DNA of 64,000 nucleotides from the human T2T-CHM13v2.0 reference genome, Homo sapiens (GCF_009914755.1 NC_060939.1), one strand, 5' to 3'; shown: positions 1 to 15,543, counted from the first letter of the stretch. Numbers and translations: made by a program. The notes: a model not told the origin generated them from the sequence alone.

Positions 1-1114
1 TGTCCTTTTCCCACAGTGGCAGGTGTTGGGGCAAGGCTCATGGTACTAAGCCCAGTCTGTTCCGTTTCATTCCTATACCAGCAACTGCCATCCTCAGCGC
101 TTCCTCTTCTGTCTCTCTGGTAGAGGAGATCTGAAAGGCCCTGGACATTCTCCATTCTATTAGCAGTGGGCCCTAGGGAAGAAGGGATCCCAGTTGCTCT
201 CATTCATTTAAAGGGCTTCACTGCCTTGGCTCCCTGTGGGCCGCAGAATCTACACCACCACCCAGGCCCCTTGTGAGCACCTTGACTTCTCCACAATGTA
301 GGTTTTCTGAGGCTTCTCTTCTAGAGCCAGGTCCCACCACACCACAGCATTTCCATGAGATCTGAGGCTCACCCCAACCCTGTGGATCTCCTCTCTTTAC
401 AGCCCTGTCGCCCCACTGAAATGCTCCCCACTACAGCTTCTCCTCAGCCCTGCAATGGGTTGCTTCCTGTCCCCACAAATTGTACTTTTCTGTCTCCTTG
501 GAATTGGGAGCACCACCCACCAGTCCTCTGTTGGAACCCCAGCTTCTTTCCTTCCAGGTAGACGAGGACTGAGCTCTGGATAACTGGAATACCGGCCACA
601 CCAGAGGTGCCTGGTCAGCCGGACCTCTCCACCTCCTTGGAGGCTAGAAAATGGGCAGAAAGCCAGGTTTTTCCGCCATCCCAGGCACCCTTTTGCTAGG
701 ATATGAGTGAATCTTTACAGTCCCTGCTTTCGTGGACCAATGGCCAAGCAGCCTTCCCCACTTGGCCCTGGGTTTGGCTGGTACGCCCTGCAGAACAGCT
801 GCCTGGGACTGTCTCTCCCTCTTCTGAGGAGGACTGTATGCAGGGATCCACTACTCCATCTGCCCCTCCTTTGGCCAGAATGTCGGTGGGACCTAGGTCC
901 TCTTCGCACAAGACCTGAAGACCTGCAGACACACTTACCTCTCAGAGGTCCGTGGGAGGTATGGTTCCTCATAGATGGTGGATTATTTACTAATTTATTT
1001 ATTTTAGCACCTTCACCCTATGCATACACAGAAAATCTCTCTTGGCTCAAGCAACTGTTTGTTCTGTCAATAGGATGTTTGTTCTGCTAATAGTGTGCTT
1101 GGGTAAGACCATTA

Positions 1115-1893
<779 letters not shown>

Positions 1894-2109
1894 CACTCCA
1901 CATTTCTTTGGCACCCTACTTGCTAGAACAATCTGTGAATTGCATGGCGAGGATGGAGAGTGAGATAGCTGGAGATTTCCTCTACTGATCCTAAAATGCT
2001 TACCTTGATCACTCCCTCCTGACTTTGTTCTGAGCTATTTCAGAATGAGAGGTTCACTTATGGCTCTGCCTTGAATGAAACGGAAAGTGAAATTGTCTGA
2101 AGTAAAGAG

Positions 2110-2320
2110 AATAAGAAGTCAACATTTGCTGAGTGTTCCTATGTGACGGGTACTGCCTACGGTATTATTTCTTTCAATCTTTTTCAGACCCTGCAAGGTC
2201 AATTCTATTACCTATTCCCTCTTTACAGTTGAGAAAACCAAGAACTAAAGACACCGTGCCTAGGGTCACTCAGCTGGTACGTGGTGGAGCTGAGCTCAAA
2301 TCTGAGCAAGGTGAACTTAG
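2110..2320 (-). mobile_element. MIR fragment
   Basis: MIR core TTTACAG.TGAGAAAAC.AAG...CCTAGGGTCACTCAGCTGGT...GGAGCTG. Confidence 0.6.
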
Positions 2321-2499
2321 AGGCAATGTCTGGGAAGGCTTTTCTTTTCTTCTTTTTTTTTATGATCACAGAGAGACCACATTTTTAAAATTGACAACTG
2401 AATCTCTACGTACGTACAGTTTTGCCCAAATTATAAGTGGCTCAACAATTATATTAATGATGCAAACTCTTGAATGTTTACATAAAACTGCTGCTTTAG

Positions 2500-2834
<335 letters not shown>

Positions 2835-3151
2835 AGTTTTGGTGCATTTTTGTGCCAGCTACTTTAGTAGGTAAAACAAAAATAATGGAACTCAGCTACT
2901 TGATTCCATGAGAACCAGCTTTCAAAAAAAGCACGCAGAAAGTGTATGCATAGTAGCGTTTTAAGAAAAGATCCCCATGTTCTCCTTCACAATTAGGACC
3001 ACATTCCAAAAGCATAATTCTAGGTTGCTACAATGTCTTCTCTGCTACAAACCATTGTTTCAAAGGTTAAAGAAACAAGAAACTCACATAAAAGGGTTTT
3101 AAAATATTTTTCCTATTCAAAATAAAATAAAAATATATGATCTCCATAAAA

Positions 3152-3193
3152 TTTTATTTATGTGTATATATACATATGTATATGTGTGTGTAC

Positions 3194-3226
<33 letters not shown>

Positions 3227-3470
3227 TATATGTATATATTATTTATTTATTTATTTTGGGATGGAGTCTCACTCTGTTGCCCAGGCTGGAGTACAGTAGA
3301 GTGATCTCAGCTCATTGCAACCTCCACCACCATGCCTGGCTAATTTTTGTTTTTTGTATTTTTTAGTAGAGACAGGGTTTCACCATGTTGGCCAGGCTGG
3401 TCTCAAACTCCTGGCCTCAAGTGATCCACCCAGAGTGCTGGGATGACAGGCGTGAGCCACCGCACCCAGC
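3152..3470 (-). mobile_element. Internally deleted Alu whose tail has become a (TA)n(CA)n microsatellite
   Basis: TSD TGATCTCCATAAAA at 3138-3151 and 3471-3484; about 60 bp missing after GCAACCTCC; TA/CA tract at 3160-3240. Confidence 0.85.
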
Positions 3471-6211
3471 TGATCTCCATAAAACTGTAAAGAAATTATA
3501 TCAAAATGTTGACCAGACAAGCCAGACCATTTGCCTTCACTGATTGCCTTGGAGGGCAGAGCACATGTGTCATCTACAAGGAAGGGGAGTTGGGGGTAGA
3601 GTTCCTGCTCTCCCCGAGCCTGTGGAGTGGGAGCGGACAGGAGCCCTTTGCCTTCCCTGGGGTTTTGCTTCCTTGTGTACAGAATTGAGAGAGGTGGCCT
3701 AGATGGCTTTTAAGAGACCCCTCAACTAAAAGTCAGCTTGAGATCCCATCTTTGAGCAGACATATAGGGTGGCAAAAGAAATGGATTAAAAAAGAGATGG
3801 ATGAAGTCTTTCTCACCGTTTGATACCATCACTCAGAACTATTCTGTACTATAGTTCAAAGAAATCTTTGCCCGGTACTATTAAAGGGTATGCAGTGAGG
3901 CATCTGACAATGAAATTTTTGATAAAAAAGAAAAAACAACAACAAAAAGAAAGTTTTGATAAAAATGTAAACAGATTGTGTTAAGTTTGGGTGGAAAAAC
4001 AAGGCACCACCATGTTACTACCAGCAGTCAGGACGTCCTGTCACTGAATTGTAGGAGTCCCCAATCTGGTTGGGAGAAATGTCGAGGGAGATGCACGTTC
4101 AGGCCATCCAACAGAGACCTAATGAGTGCACACTGCTCAGGACATGGAGAAACAGGGGCCCAGGAAGACAACTTTAATGAAACTGGTTCTAAAACAAAGG
4201 ATGCAAGAGAGTTAAATGGTCCAAAGAGAGTGATGGCTTCTCATTTTCTGTCCCTTACAGAGACTACAAATATCATTTCTTCTGGAATCTAGCACATTTC
4301 CAAAATGCATCACTTATATTTTCCTCACAAGGCAGGCACACATTAAGCACGTGACAATCATATGATTTATTTGTGAGCCCCAGGGCTTCCAGGAGCTTTC
4401 CCAGAGCTTATGGTCAGAGGCGTCCTGAGATGTCAAATAGTAAAGCTTTCTCCACGGCCACATGTTCCTTTGATGTTTGGGTTATTGAACACAAACTCAC
4501 TGGATAGTTTGTCTTCAGCATGGTCTTTCTGTTCCTAAAAGTGTTAGTTGTGCTTTCTTTTCGATGAACACTCTGACTCCATCTTGAATGACTTCTTCAT
4601 CGAAATCTCCCTTGTCTTCGTTTATTCTAGACTATAAGAAAGGTCATTACAGGCCCTGGTTCGGACACCAACTTTTACACCTAATACTCAGGCTTATCTT
4701 GAAGAAGTTATTTTATCTTGTTTACTGCTGAAGGTGTCAGGCTGCGGGTGGCCCTCGTGGGCTGTAGCTTCCTCTTGCTCACAGTCCGGACAGTCCTCCG
4801 GACTAAGGAAGCCGACCTCTTTGTCGTCTGGTCCAGGTGCTTCAGGCCGGAGCTCGGCTGCCTCAGCCTCTTTCTTTGGACACAGCAGGCCCATTGATGC
4901 CACAAGCTCCGGCACACAGCGCACTCAGGCCTCTGGGAAGGTTTTTCATCCTTCAGAAATCAGCAGCTTTATAAGGCAACTTCATCCTTTAGCATATGAA
5001 TTAGCATCATTCCCTAGCTCCTACAACAGCCTTCCACTGTTTCAGATAAACATGCTGACTAACACCAGGAGGTGATGCCAATCTCTGGTAAGAGAAGAGA
5101 GAAGGAACAGATCCTCAGGAGATGAGAGGTAGCCACCTGGAGGGGAACAACAAGGAAACGTTAATTTGGGAAAGATCTAAAAAAGGAAACCACCACGTGC
5201 ACATCACGTGCACATCATGTGCGACTCTGCAAGGTGGAGGTGATGCCTGGGCCCATCGCTGCTCATAAACTGGCACCTCTGTGGGTATGACATCGGCGGC
5301 CCCTTCCTGTGGGGTGTTAGAAGGAAAGACGGGAAGGGTTTGCCGTTGAAGTTACAGAGAGGAACCAGCTAAGTGAGTGGTTTGCTGCCTGGGAGTGTCC
5401 TGCTGGGAGGAAAAGAGACAGATGTTGTTGGCAAGAATAAGCAAGGAATGGGAACAGGAAAGACATGTTCCCAGGGAGACATTGCAGATCCCCTGGGCCA
5501 GCTTCTGTGGAGATTCCTATTTTGAGGGTCAAGGTTGAACTTGTGTTACACAGGACATGGGATATAGCCCTGGCCTTTTCCAAGCAATAGCCTCACTTAT
5601 TCTACCTATATTTGTGGAGGATCTTCCACATGCCTGGCTTGTGTTGGTTCTCTTGGGCCTTCAACCATGAACCATAGTCTGGGGAAGTGCTCAGGTGAGT
5701 GAGAGGCAGGACGCAAACGATTCCCAGCAAGGAGGCTCTGGAGCTGGCCCAGCTGCCTTCAGATCCAGGCTCCACTACTTTCTGCCACGTCACCAACAGG
5801 GTTTACCTAGCTTTCCTGCATGCTTATCTGTGAAATGATATTTACCTCACAAAGTAGTGAAGAAATGTGTAATTAGAATGGATGATGTAAAGGCGTTTAG
5901 CAAATTGCCTGGCACATGTTATACACATAATAAATGAGTGTTTCTGTTGTAAGCATGAGTTGGAAGGGACAGATAAGTAAACTGCAGTGGCGTAAAGTGT
6001 TGTGGGAGTGTAGAGGAGGGAGTGTCTGACTCTGCCAGGAGCAAGATCAGGTTATTGAGGACATTGCCAAAAGAGTTATGAAACACTGGGACTTTGGTCA
6101 GGGTGGGAGGAGGTCTGAGAACGGGCATCATGAAAATGTTCCCTAAATGTTTCAGGTATGCTATCCATCCCTCCCCCTCCAGAAAACCACTAATGACTCT
6201 TTAAAAGTAAC

Positions 6212-7691
<1,480 letters not shown>

Positions 7692-9137
7692 TCAAAGGGT
7701 TGTTTGTGCCAATTCAGATACTTCAGCAATATGTGGATACCAGTTTCCCACTTCCCGGACTACAACCCACAGCTGGTGAGTGGAAAAGAGGACATTCTTC
7801 TAAGAAGCTACCAACAAAGGAGGTGCTCATATGAACGAAAGGGGACAGGATAGAAGAGAAGAGGGAGACTGAATGTGGGAAATGGAGAGAAAGCGAAAAA
7901 GAAAGGAATAACCAGAAAGGACCATTTGCTGGTAATTTTTTTTTTTCCTGATTGGAAAAGTAATTCATGCTCCCTGTAAAAATCCAGACTTTTTCATTAC
8001 TGTTTAAGTTTGATACTGAAAGTCCTCCTCTGGTGCCAGCCTCTGCTAACTGTTTAGGTATATTCTTCCAGATTATTTATTACACGAATACTTTTTGTTT
8101 TTAAAGAAATAGCTTTGTACTATACACACTGTTGTGCAAGTTTCCCACTTATATCTGCGACACCTTCGGAATGAATATGTGAAGTGTGAAGATCACGTTT
8201 AGTTTAAATATTGAATTAGAATCGAATGAGAAGCCATGTTGCACATTGCCCCTGCCAGCCATCTCCTGGCCAGTTTAGAGAGAAGGCCTTCAGCTGCCTC
8301 TGTTTCCCTTTTACAGTCAGTGACATCCCCTGAGGGCAGTCCCTTGCTGCGTATTGGGTCAACCCCCGGCGGCCTGTGGACTCGGCTGGGAGGCCAGAAG
8401 CCGAGGGAGAAGACCAGTAGCTGGCCATAGTCTTGTGGGGGCCTCACTGGGCCCTCCTTGCCCGCTGCTCCCGGAACCTTGTGCCTATGGATTAATCATT
8501 GCTGCAAAATCTCACGTCCAGGAAGAATTAAACCCATCGCCTTGGGGGCAAGACTAGCCTGGCTTTTGCATCTTTATAGCCTTTCTCCGCAGGTGCAGCC
8601 ACCACCTCCAAAGTGACTGCCGGTCGGTCCAAGCGCTCTAACAGGCTCTTCCCCGAGCCTACCTGGGCTCGAGGGGTCCCACACCTGGTCCGGGGCGTAG
8701 CCCATGTGAGGCCTGCAAGCTCCGGGCGCCTGGCCTACCTAACTCAGCCCCGCAGTCTCTGCAGAACCCCCTGCAGCCCCGTGGCCCAGTTTCTCCATTT
8801 GCTCACAATGGCCAACGGCGTGAGGCACTTGAGCGGAATGCGGACGGTGCCTCCGACAGCTTTCCCGCAGTGCATGATCTCAGGAGGGGCCCCAGAGACG
8901 GAAGTTTACGACGCCCAGAGCGCTCCTTCTGGACGTGCCCTGGACTCGACTTGGGACTGAGTCTGTGCCGCCTAGGCTGGCAGGGACTCGGCCAGATGCA
9001 CTAGCGGCAAGGCTGGGCTGACATCGCCTGGGACTCGCTCGCCGTACCTCCAAGGGGCCCAGGCCATGAGGGGGCGGCTGGGGAGACGCCCGCCCGGTGC
9101 CCGCCCTGGGCCCGGCGGGTGCCCCCTGCCCGCCGCC

Positions 9138-9146
9138 TGACGCAAT
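9138..9146 (+). promoter_or_regulatory. ATF/CRE-C/EBP hybrid element TGACGCAAT
   Basis: Motif seen directly; CHAC1 is an established ATF4/ATF3 target. Confidence 0.8.
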
Positions 9147-9193
9147 CCGAGGCGCCCTTGCTGCATGCCGGCGCTGGAGAAACCTCCCCTGCC

Positions 9194-9202
9194 GTTGCAT
9201 CA
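9194..9202 (-). promoter_or_regulatory. CARE/AARE (TGATGCAAC) ATF4-C/EBP site
   Basis: GTTGCATCA on + matches the TGATGxAAx consensus. Confidence 0.8.
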
Positions 9203-9236
9203 CTCCTGCCAGGTTTGCCACAGAGGTGGAGCTGAA

Positions 9237-9380
9237 CCAATCAGCGGGCGCGCTGGGCCCGCGGCGCGGTTAAGTGAGAAGCAGAATCCGAAGTTGATTG
9301 GCCAAAAGGGGATTTGCCCCACCCCAATCACCGCGGCAGCTGGCCGCGGTGGGCGTGGTCTCCCGGCAAGAAGGTTTAAA
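9237..9380 (+). promoter_or_regulatory. Core promoter: CCAAT boxes (9237, 9297 reverse, 9324), GC box (9351), TATA-like TTTAAA (9375-9380)
   Basis: Motifs seen directly; their arrangement implies a TSS near 9405. Confidence 0.65.
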
Positions 9381-9516
9381 GGGCGCCTCCATGGGGGGCG
9401 CTCAGCTGGAGCTACCGAGCGGTGCCAGGCCAGGTGTGTGCGTCCGTCGGTCTTTCCGTGCCCACGCCGGAGACCAGCCCCGGAGGCCGCCTGGGCCTAT
9501 CCCTGTGCCAGGCACC

Positions 9517-9747
9517 ATGAAGCAGGAGTCTGCAGCCCCGAACACCCCGCCCACCTCGCAGTCCCCTACGCCGTCCGCTCAGTTCCCCCGAAACGACGGC
9601 GACCCTCAAGCGCTGTGGATTTTCGGGTACGGCTCCCTGGTGTGGAGGCCCGACTTCGCCTACAGCGACAGCCGTGTGGGCTTCGTGCGCGGCTACAGCC
9701 GCCGTTTCTGGCAGGGAGACACCTTCCATCGGGGCAGCGACAAGATG
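9517..9747 (+). CDS. CHAC1: CHAC1 exon 1 CDS (aa 1-77); in-frame upstream ATG at 9391 would add 42 aa
   Basis: [12 protein letters not shown]...[15 protein letters not shown]...[14 protein letters not shown] (ChaC/GGCT GYGSL motif); Kozak GGCACCATGA; donor GTGAGC at 9748. Confidence 0.97.
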
Positions 9748-10162
9748 GTGAGCATCCAACCGTGCCCAGGGGAGTGAGGGGGTTGGGGGCGGGATACTGG
9801 GCGCCAGTGCCCTGGAATGTCCGGGGCTCTCTGGGCCAATAGAAAGAAATGTGTAAACCTGTGTCTGGGGTTTGTGGCTCATTTAAATGTATGTGCCCAG
9901 TGCATCACTGTGATGGCTGGAGTCTGTGAACCTGTGGATCCCTGTGTTGATCACCAACTGGGACCACTGACATCTGTCAGTGTTTCTGGACGTTTCTCCT
10001 ACATCCGTGCATCGCTCCCCCACCTTCCCCTGCATGAATGGGACTCAGCATGCAGAGTGGGGCACTTGGAGGCCCGGGTCAGCGGGATTGATAAAGGTTT
10101 CCTTGCTGATGGCAGAGCTGATTTCTAACTTGTCTATTTCAAAATATTTCTTCCCTCCCTAG

Positions 10163-10198
10163 CCTGGCCGTGTGGTGACGCTCCTTGAAGATCATGAG
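10163..10198 (+). CDS. CHAC1: CHAC1 exon 2 (PGRVVTLLEDHE)
   Basis: Pyrimidine tract ending TAG at 10160-10162; donor GTAAGT at 10199; 36 nt, in frame. Confidence 0.96.
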
Positions 10199-10329
10199 GT
10201 AAGTGCCCGAATCATGAAGGGGAACCCTGGCCCAGTGTGAAGGGGGACCAGCAGAGAGAGCTCATAGGCTCTTGGCTGCAGGCTAGCTCTGTCTGATGCT
10301 TCTCTGGCAGAGTAGAAACGTGTTCTAGC

Positions 10330-11128
<799 letters not shown>

Positions 11129-11307
11129 TTCAACTGTTCTTAACAAAGAGAGTACAAGGGCTTGAGGTACTGCCACCAGATGGCTCATCAGCCGACCACA
11201 GCCTCCCTTATAGAGCACAGTCCTGGGTGGGGGTGGCATGTTAGGATAGGAGAGGGAGCAGCAAGGAGCTGTCATGACTGACCCCGGGTGTCCCTATTTC
11301 TTCCCAG

Positions 11308-11709
11308 GGCTGCACTTGGGGCGTGGCATACCAAGTGCAAGGGGAGCAGGTAAGCAAGGCCCTGAAGTACCTGAATGTGCGAGAGGCAGTGCTTGGTGGC
11401 TACGATACCAAGGAGGTCACCTTCTATCCCCAAGATGCTCCTGACCAACCACTGAAGGCATTGGCCTATGTGGCCACCCCACAGAACCCTGGTTACCTGG
11501 GCCCTGCGCCTGAAGAGGCCATTGCCACGCAGATCCTGGCCTGCCGGGGCTTCTCCGGCCACAACCTTGAATACTTGCTGCGTCTGGCAGACTTCATGCA
11601 GCTCTGTGGGCCTCAGGCGCAGGACGAGCACCTGGCAGCCATCGTGGACGCTGTGGGCACCATGTTGCCCTGCTTCTGCCCCACCGAGCAGGCTCTGGCG
11701 CTGGTGTGA
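11308..11709 (+). CDS. CHAC1: CHAC1 exon 3 CDS (aa 90-222, stop TGA)
   Basis: Acceptor TTTCTTCCCAG; GCTWGVAYQV...LNVREAVLGGY...GFSGHNLEYLLRLADF; 77+12+133=222 aa; Glu115 falls in VRE. Confidence 0.97.
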   Translation, partial: GCTWGVAYQVQGEQVSKALKYLNVREAVLGGYDTKEVTFYPQDAPDQPLKALAYVATPQNPGYLGPAPEEAIATQILACRGFSGHNLEYLLRLADFMQLCGPQAQDEHLAAIVDAVGTMLPCFCPTEQALALV

Positions 11710-12429
11710 GGGGCTGAGCCCCTGCGGGGAGTGCTCATGTGGACATCAGGGCCAGACACCCACTCCAGTGCACAAGACAGACTTGCGACCGCTTGAGCCC
11801 ACTGAGCAGATATGGTGGGTGGCTGGAGGCTTCTCTTTCTCAGTCCCTGCCTGTCTGCCAGCCTGCAGCTCTCCTGCTTGACACTGACTTACTACTTGAA
11901 ACTTTATTTATTGCACCATGTTGGTGTGGTGGGCAGGTGGAGGGCCTGCCCTGGACACAGGGGCCCTGCTGAGCAGTGGCCCCATCCTGGAACTTGACCA
12001 GATTCCCCCCAGTGCTGCTGCTAACCCCACACCACCCAGGCCTCCACCTCCCCAGGGAGTCTCCAAGAGCCTCGATCCTCTGCTCACTCAGCCCAGCCAT
12101 CCATAGCCCTGGGAATTCCACCTGCCAAGGATCCCAGCAGGCTGGATGAGGGATAGTAGGGCATGAGGAGAAGGAGCCCTGTAAGGACTGAGGCCCCGGC
12201 CAGCCCTTCTCCTCCACCAGTTCCCCAGAGCAGAGCTGGAGCTGATGCCTGGACACAGCTGCTGAGCCTGGCCTGGGCCTCTTACCCACTTGGTTGTTTT
12301 CTTGTCCCTCTGTCTGTCTGTCTATCTACTTGTCTGTCTGGGCCACTCCTGCCTGTGTGTTGGTCTATTCCTGGGAAGCTCATCACTACAGGCCCTGGCA
12401 ACCTTCCCAGTCTGTCCCATACTGTTACC

Positions 12430-12435
12430 CATAAA
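12430..12435 (+). terminator. CHAC1: Probable CHAC1 poly(A) signal (variant CATAAA)
   Basis: CATAAA followed by a U/GU-rich stretch; no canonical AATAAA seen in the 3'UTR. Confidence 0.55.
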
Positions 12436-13177
12436 ACTATCTCTTTATCTGTGCTGTGCCGGAATGTGGTTCTTTCTCAGATGGGGGTTTGGGGCAAGTG
12501 AGGTGGTGATGCCCTGGAAGGCTCCTAAGAGGGGAAAGGGCTCCCTCTTCCTCTCCTTCCCTCTCTTCCCAGGAGGGGCAGCTGGGCAGGCAGAATTAGC
12601 AGGTGACATCACTCTCATGGGTACAGTTCATGCCTTACGCATGCAAATAGTACCCCCTGAGTTGTGCAGAATTCAGCTCATGCTCTACTTGGCAGCCCTG
12701 TGAGCAGTGTCCTTGCCACCAACCTGGACTCTGTCTCATCCTGCCCAGCTGCCCCAAGGAGGCTGGCAGGCTTGGAGCTCAGACCAGCTCTTCCTCCAGC
12801 TGCAGGGCCAGCGGCTGCCTCTTCCTAACAGCTAGGCCAGAACCCTGGTGTCCTGCTAAAGGAGCACGTGGGTTAGGGTAGGGTGATGACAACTTCTAAG
12901 GCAAGGCTAATGGCAGGGACCTGTAGCCTGGAGGACCTGGTGTCCCTTTTACTTTCAGAGTCTGAGTGCTCACTGTTGCCTCCGGGAGTGTGGTGTTGCC
13001 TGTGCCTTCCCCATTGCCATCACCTGCCCTGGTTTACCCACACTGGAATGCGGGCCCCAAGTTTACCCCCTGCCTGTCCCCAGATGTTCTTGTCTAGCCC
13101 TTGGGGACAGATCACAGCTCCAGGATCTCAGCCTGGGCCTGAGCTCCTCATCAGGAGTGGCCTCTTAGTGCTACTCA

Positions 13178-13477
<300 letters not shown>

Positions 13478-13899
13478 TCACTGTGAGGGGACGATGCCGT
13501 GGGATGATGTATGGGGCAGGCTGGGTGGTATGTGTTGCTGCTGTTCTTGCGGCTGGTGTCCTGGATTGGTCTGGGTGTCTCCAGCAGGGTCAACTCCGAT
13601 CAGGTTGGGCAGCCGTTGTGGCTGGGGAGGGTGCCATGCCTGGGCCGTGTGCTCATGTCTTGGCGGCCTTGTGTCTTGGCCATTGATGGGAAGAGTGTGG
13701 AGTCCAGCCAGCTTCTTCTGGGTGCCTGGTGAGGGCAACACAAAAGGAGGAGGCAGCAGGTGGCAGGGAGCCCTGGGCAGCTGCCTCCTGTGTTTCCTGG
13801 GCCTCTTGCCAGACAGCCAGAGCACAGCCCTGCTCCATCCTGGGAGCTGATGGTGGGGAGGGCTGCTTGCCAGCTGCACGTAGGGGGCTTTCACCCATC

Positions 13900-15130
13900 A
13901 AGCCATTCGATCAGCAAGTATTTCCTTAAGCTCCCACTGTGTGCCATGCACCATTCCAGGCACGGGGATACAGCGGTAAAGAACTCCTCCTCCTCAAGGA
14001 ACTTGGAGTCTAGAAACTGATGGTGACCATTCAGCGTGGAATGGGAGAAGAGGGCCTTGAGCACCCAGAAAGGGCTTCTGACTTGAGCAGGGCAGTCAGG
14101 GAAGGCCTTCTTGGCTTTCTTGGAGAGGGAACCTGAGAAGGGGCCTCTGAGGAACAGAGAGTAAGGGAACAACACGTGCCTGAGGGGAGGCAAGCTCAGA
14201 CCAGCTGGAACAGAGTGGCCCGGACAGGAGACACGAGCCAGACAGGTGGCAGGACTGCCGGCCTGGTGAATTGCGCTGTGCCATGCTGCGGGGTGGCATT
14301 CCTCCTGGGTCAGTGGGGGCCTCTGGTGGATTCTGAGAAGGGCAGAGATGTGCTTAAGAGAGAACACTGGCTGAAGTCAGATTGGAGGAGAGAGGCCAGA
14401 GGGAGCTGTAGGGTGCCCAAGCTGAGGTGTGCCAGTGGGAATGGACAGTGGAGGGATTGCAGAATTGTTTAGGGGTGAGGTTGACAGCATTTGGTGGCTG
14501 GTTTGATGAGCAGAGTGAAAGGAGGGTAGAGACAGTAGGGCTGGGGCTCCTGGGACAGTGGCAGATCTGGAAAGAGTCGGGGGTAGATAGCCTTGCGTTT
14601 AAGTTAGGGGTGCCTGTGAGGGGAGGAATGACTTCTACGGGGATGTTCAGGGCAGCTGGATATGTTGGTGTGGGAGTCAGGAGAGAAAGCTGGGCTGGAG
14701 TTAGAGACTTGGGAACCATACATGTGGAGACTGGGCTTAAAGCCCTGGTAGGGGAGGAGAGGAGAACAGGGCCCGGCCAGGCCCTGAGGACCCCAGCCGC
14801 GGTGGTCTGAGCAAAGCAAGAAGAGGTGTCGGGAACAAGCGCTGGAGAGGTAGGCGGAGAACGAGGAGAGGGCAGGGTGAGGAGAGCCAGGGTGGAAGGT
14901 GTCTCCAGGAGGTGCACAACATGGTCATGTTGCCAAGATGGCCAAGATGTCAAGAGAAACGAGGACAGAAGAGTGTCCACTGGATGAAATGCCAGGGGGG
15001 GTCCCTTGTGGCTTCAGTGAGAGCAATTTCAGGAACAGTATGGAAAGCCACAAGGCAGGGCTGAGGGGCCAGTGGGAGGGGAAGCAGCTTTCAGGAAACA
15101 TGGTTGCTAAGAAGAGAGAGAAACAGGGAT
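13900..15130 (-). mobile_element. L2 (LINE2) 3' fragment
   Basis: CATTC..CAGCAAGTATTT..CTGTGTGCCA..CAGGCAC.GGGGATACAGCGGTAAA followed by purine-rich L2-like sequence. Confidence 0.7.
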
Positions 15131-15246
15131 AACTGAGGGCACAGGAGTTGCGGGGGTCTCAGGACCCCTTCACAAATGAAAAATTGTGGAGGACCCCAAG
15201 AGCTTTTGTTTATGTCGGATATAGTTATTAACATTTACTGTAGTAG

Positions 15247-15543
<297 letters not shown>

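Larger units (their letters stand above)
8600..9830. promoter_or_regulatory. CHAC1: CpG island spanning CHAC1 promoter and exon 1
   Basis: High GC and dense CpG by eye; surrounds the start of CHAC1. Confidence 0.85.

Noticed and set aside
9237-9345. Possible ERSE (CCAAT-N9-CCACG) in the CHAC1 promoter
   Set aside because: None of the three CCAAT boxes has CCACG at the required spacing.
9165-9842. 225-aa ORF overlapping CHAC1 exon 1 in another frame, and similar ORFs at 8613-9882
   Set aside because: Stop-poor CpG-island sequence; starts upstream of the likely TSS, runs into the intron and has no recognisable domain.
14354-14980. 208-aa minus-strand ORF
   Set aside because: Lies within a decayed L2 fragment; low-complexity translation.
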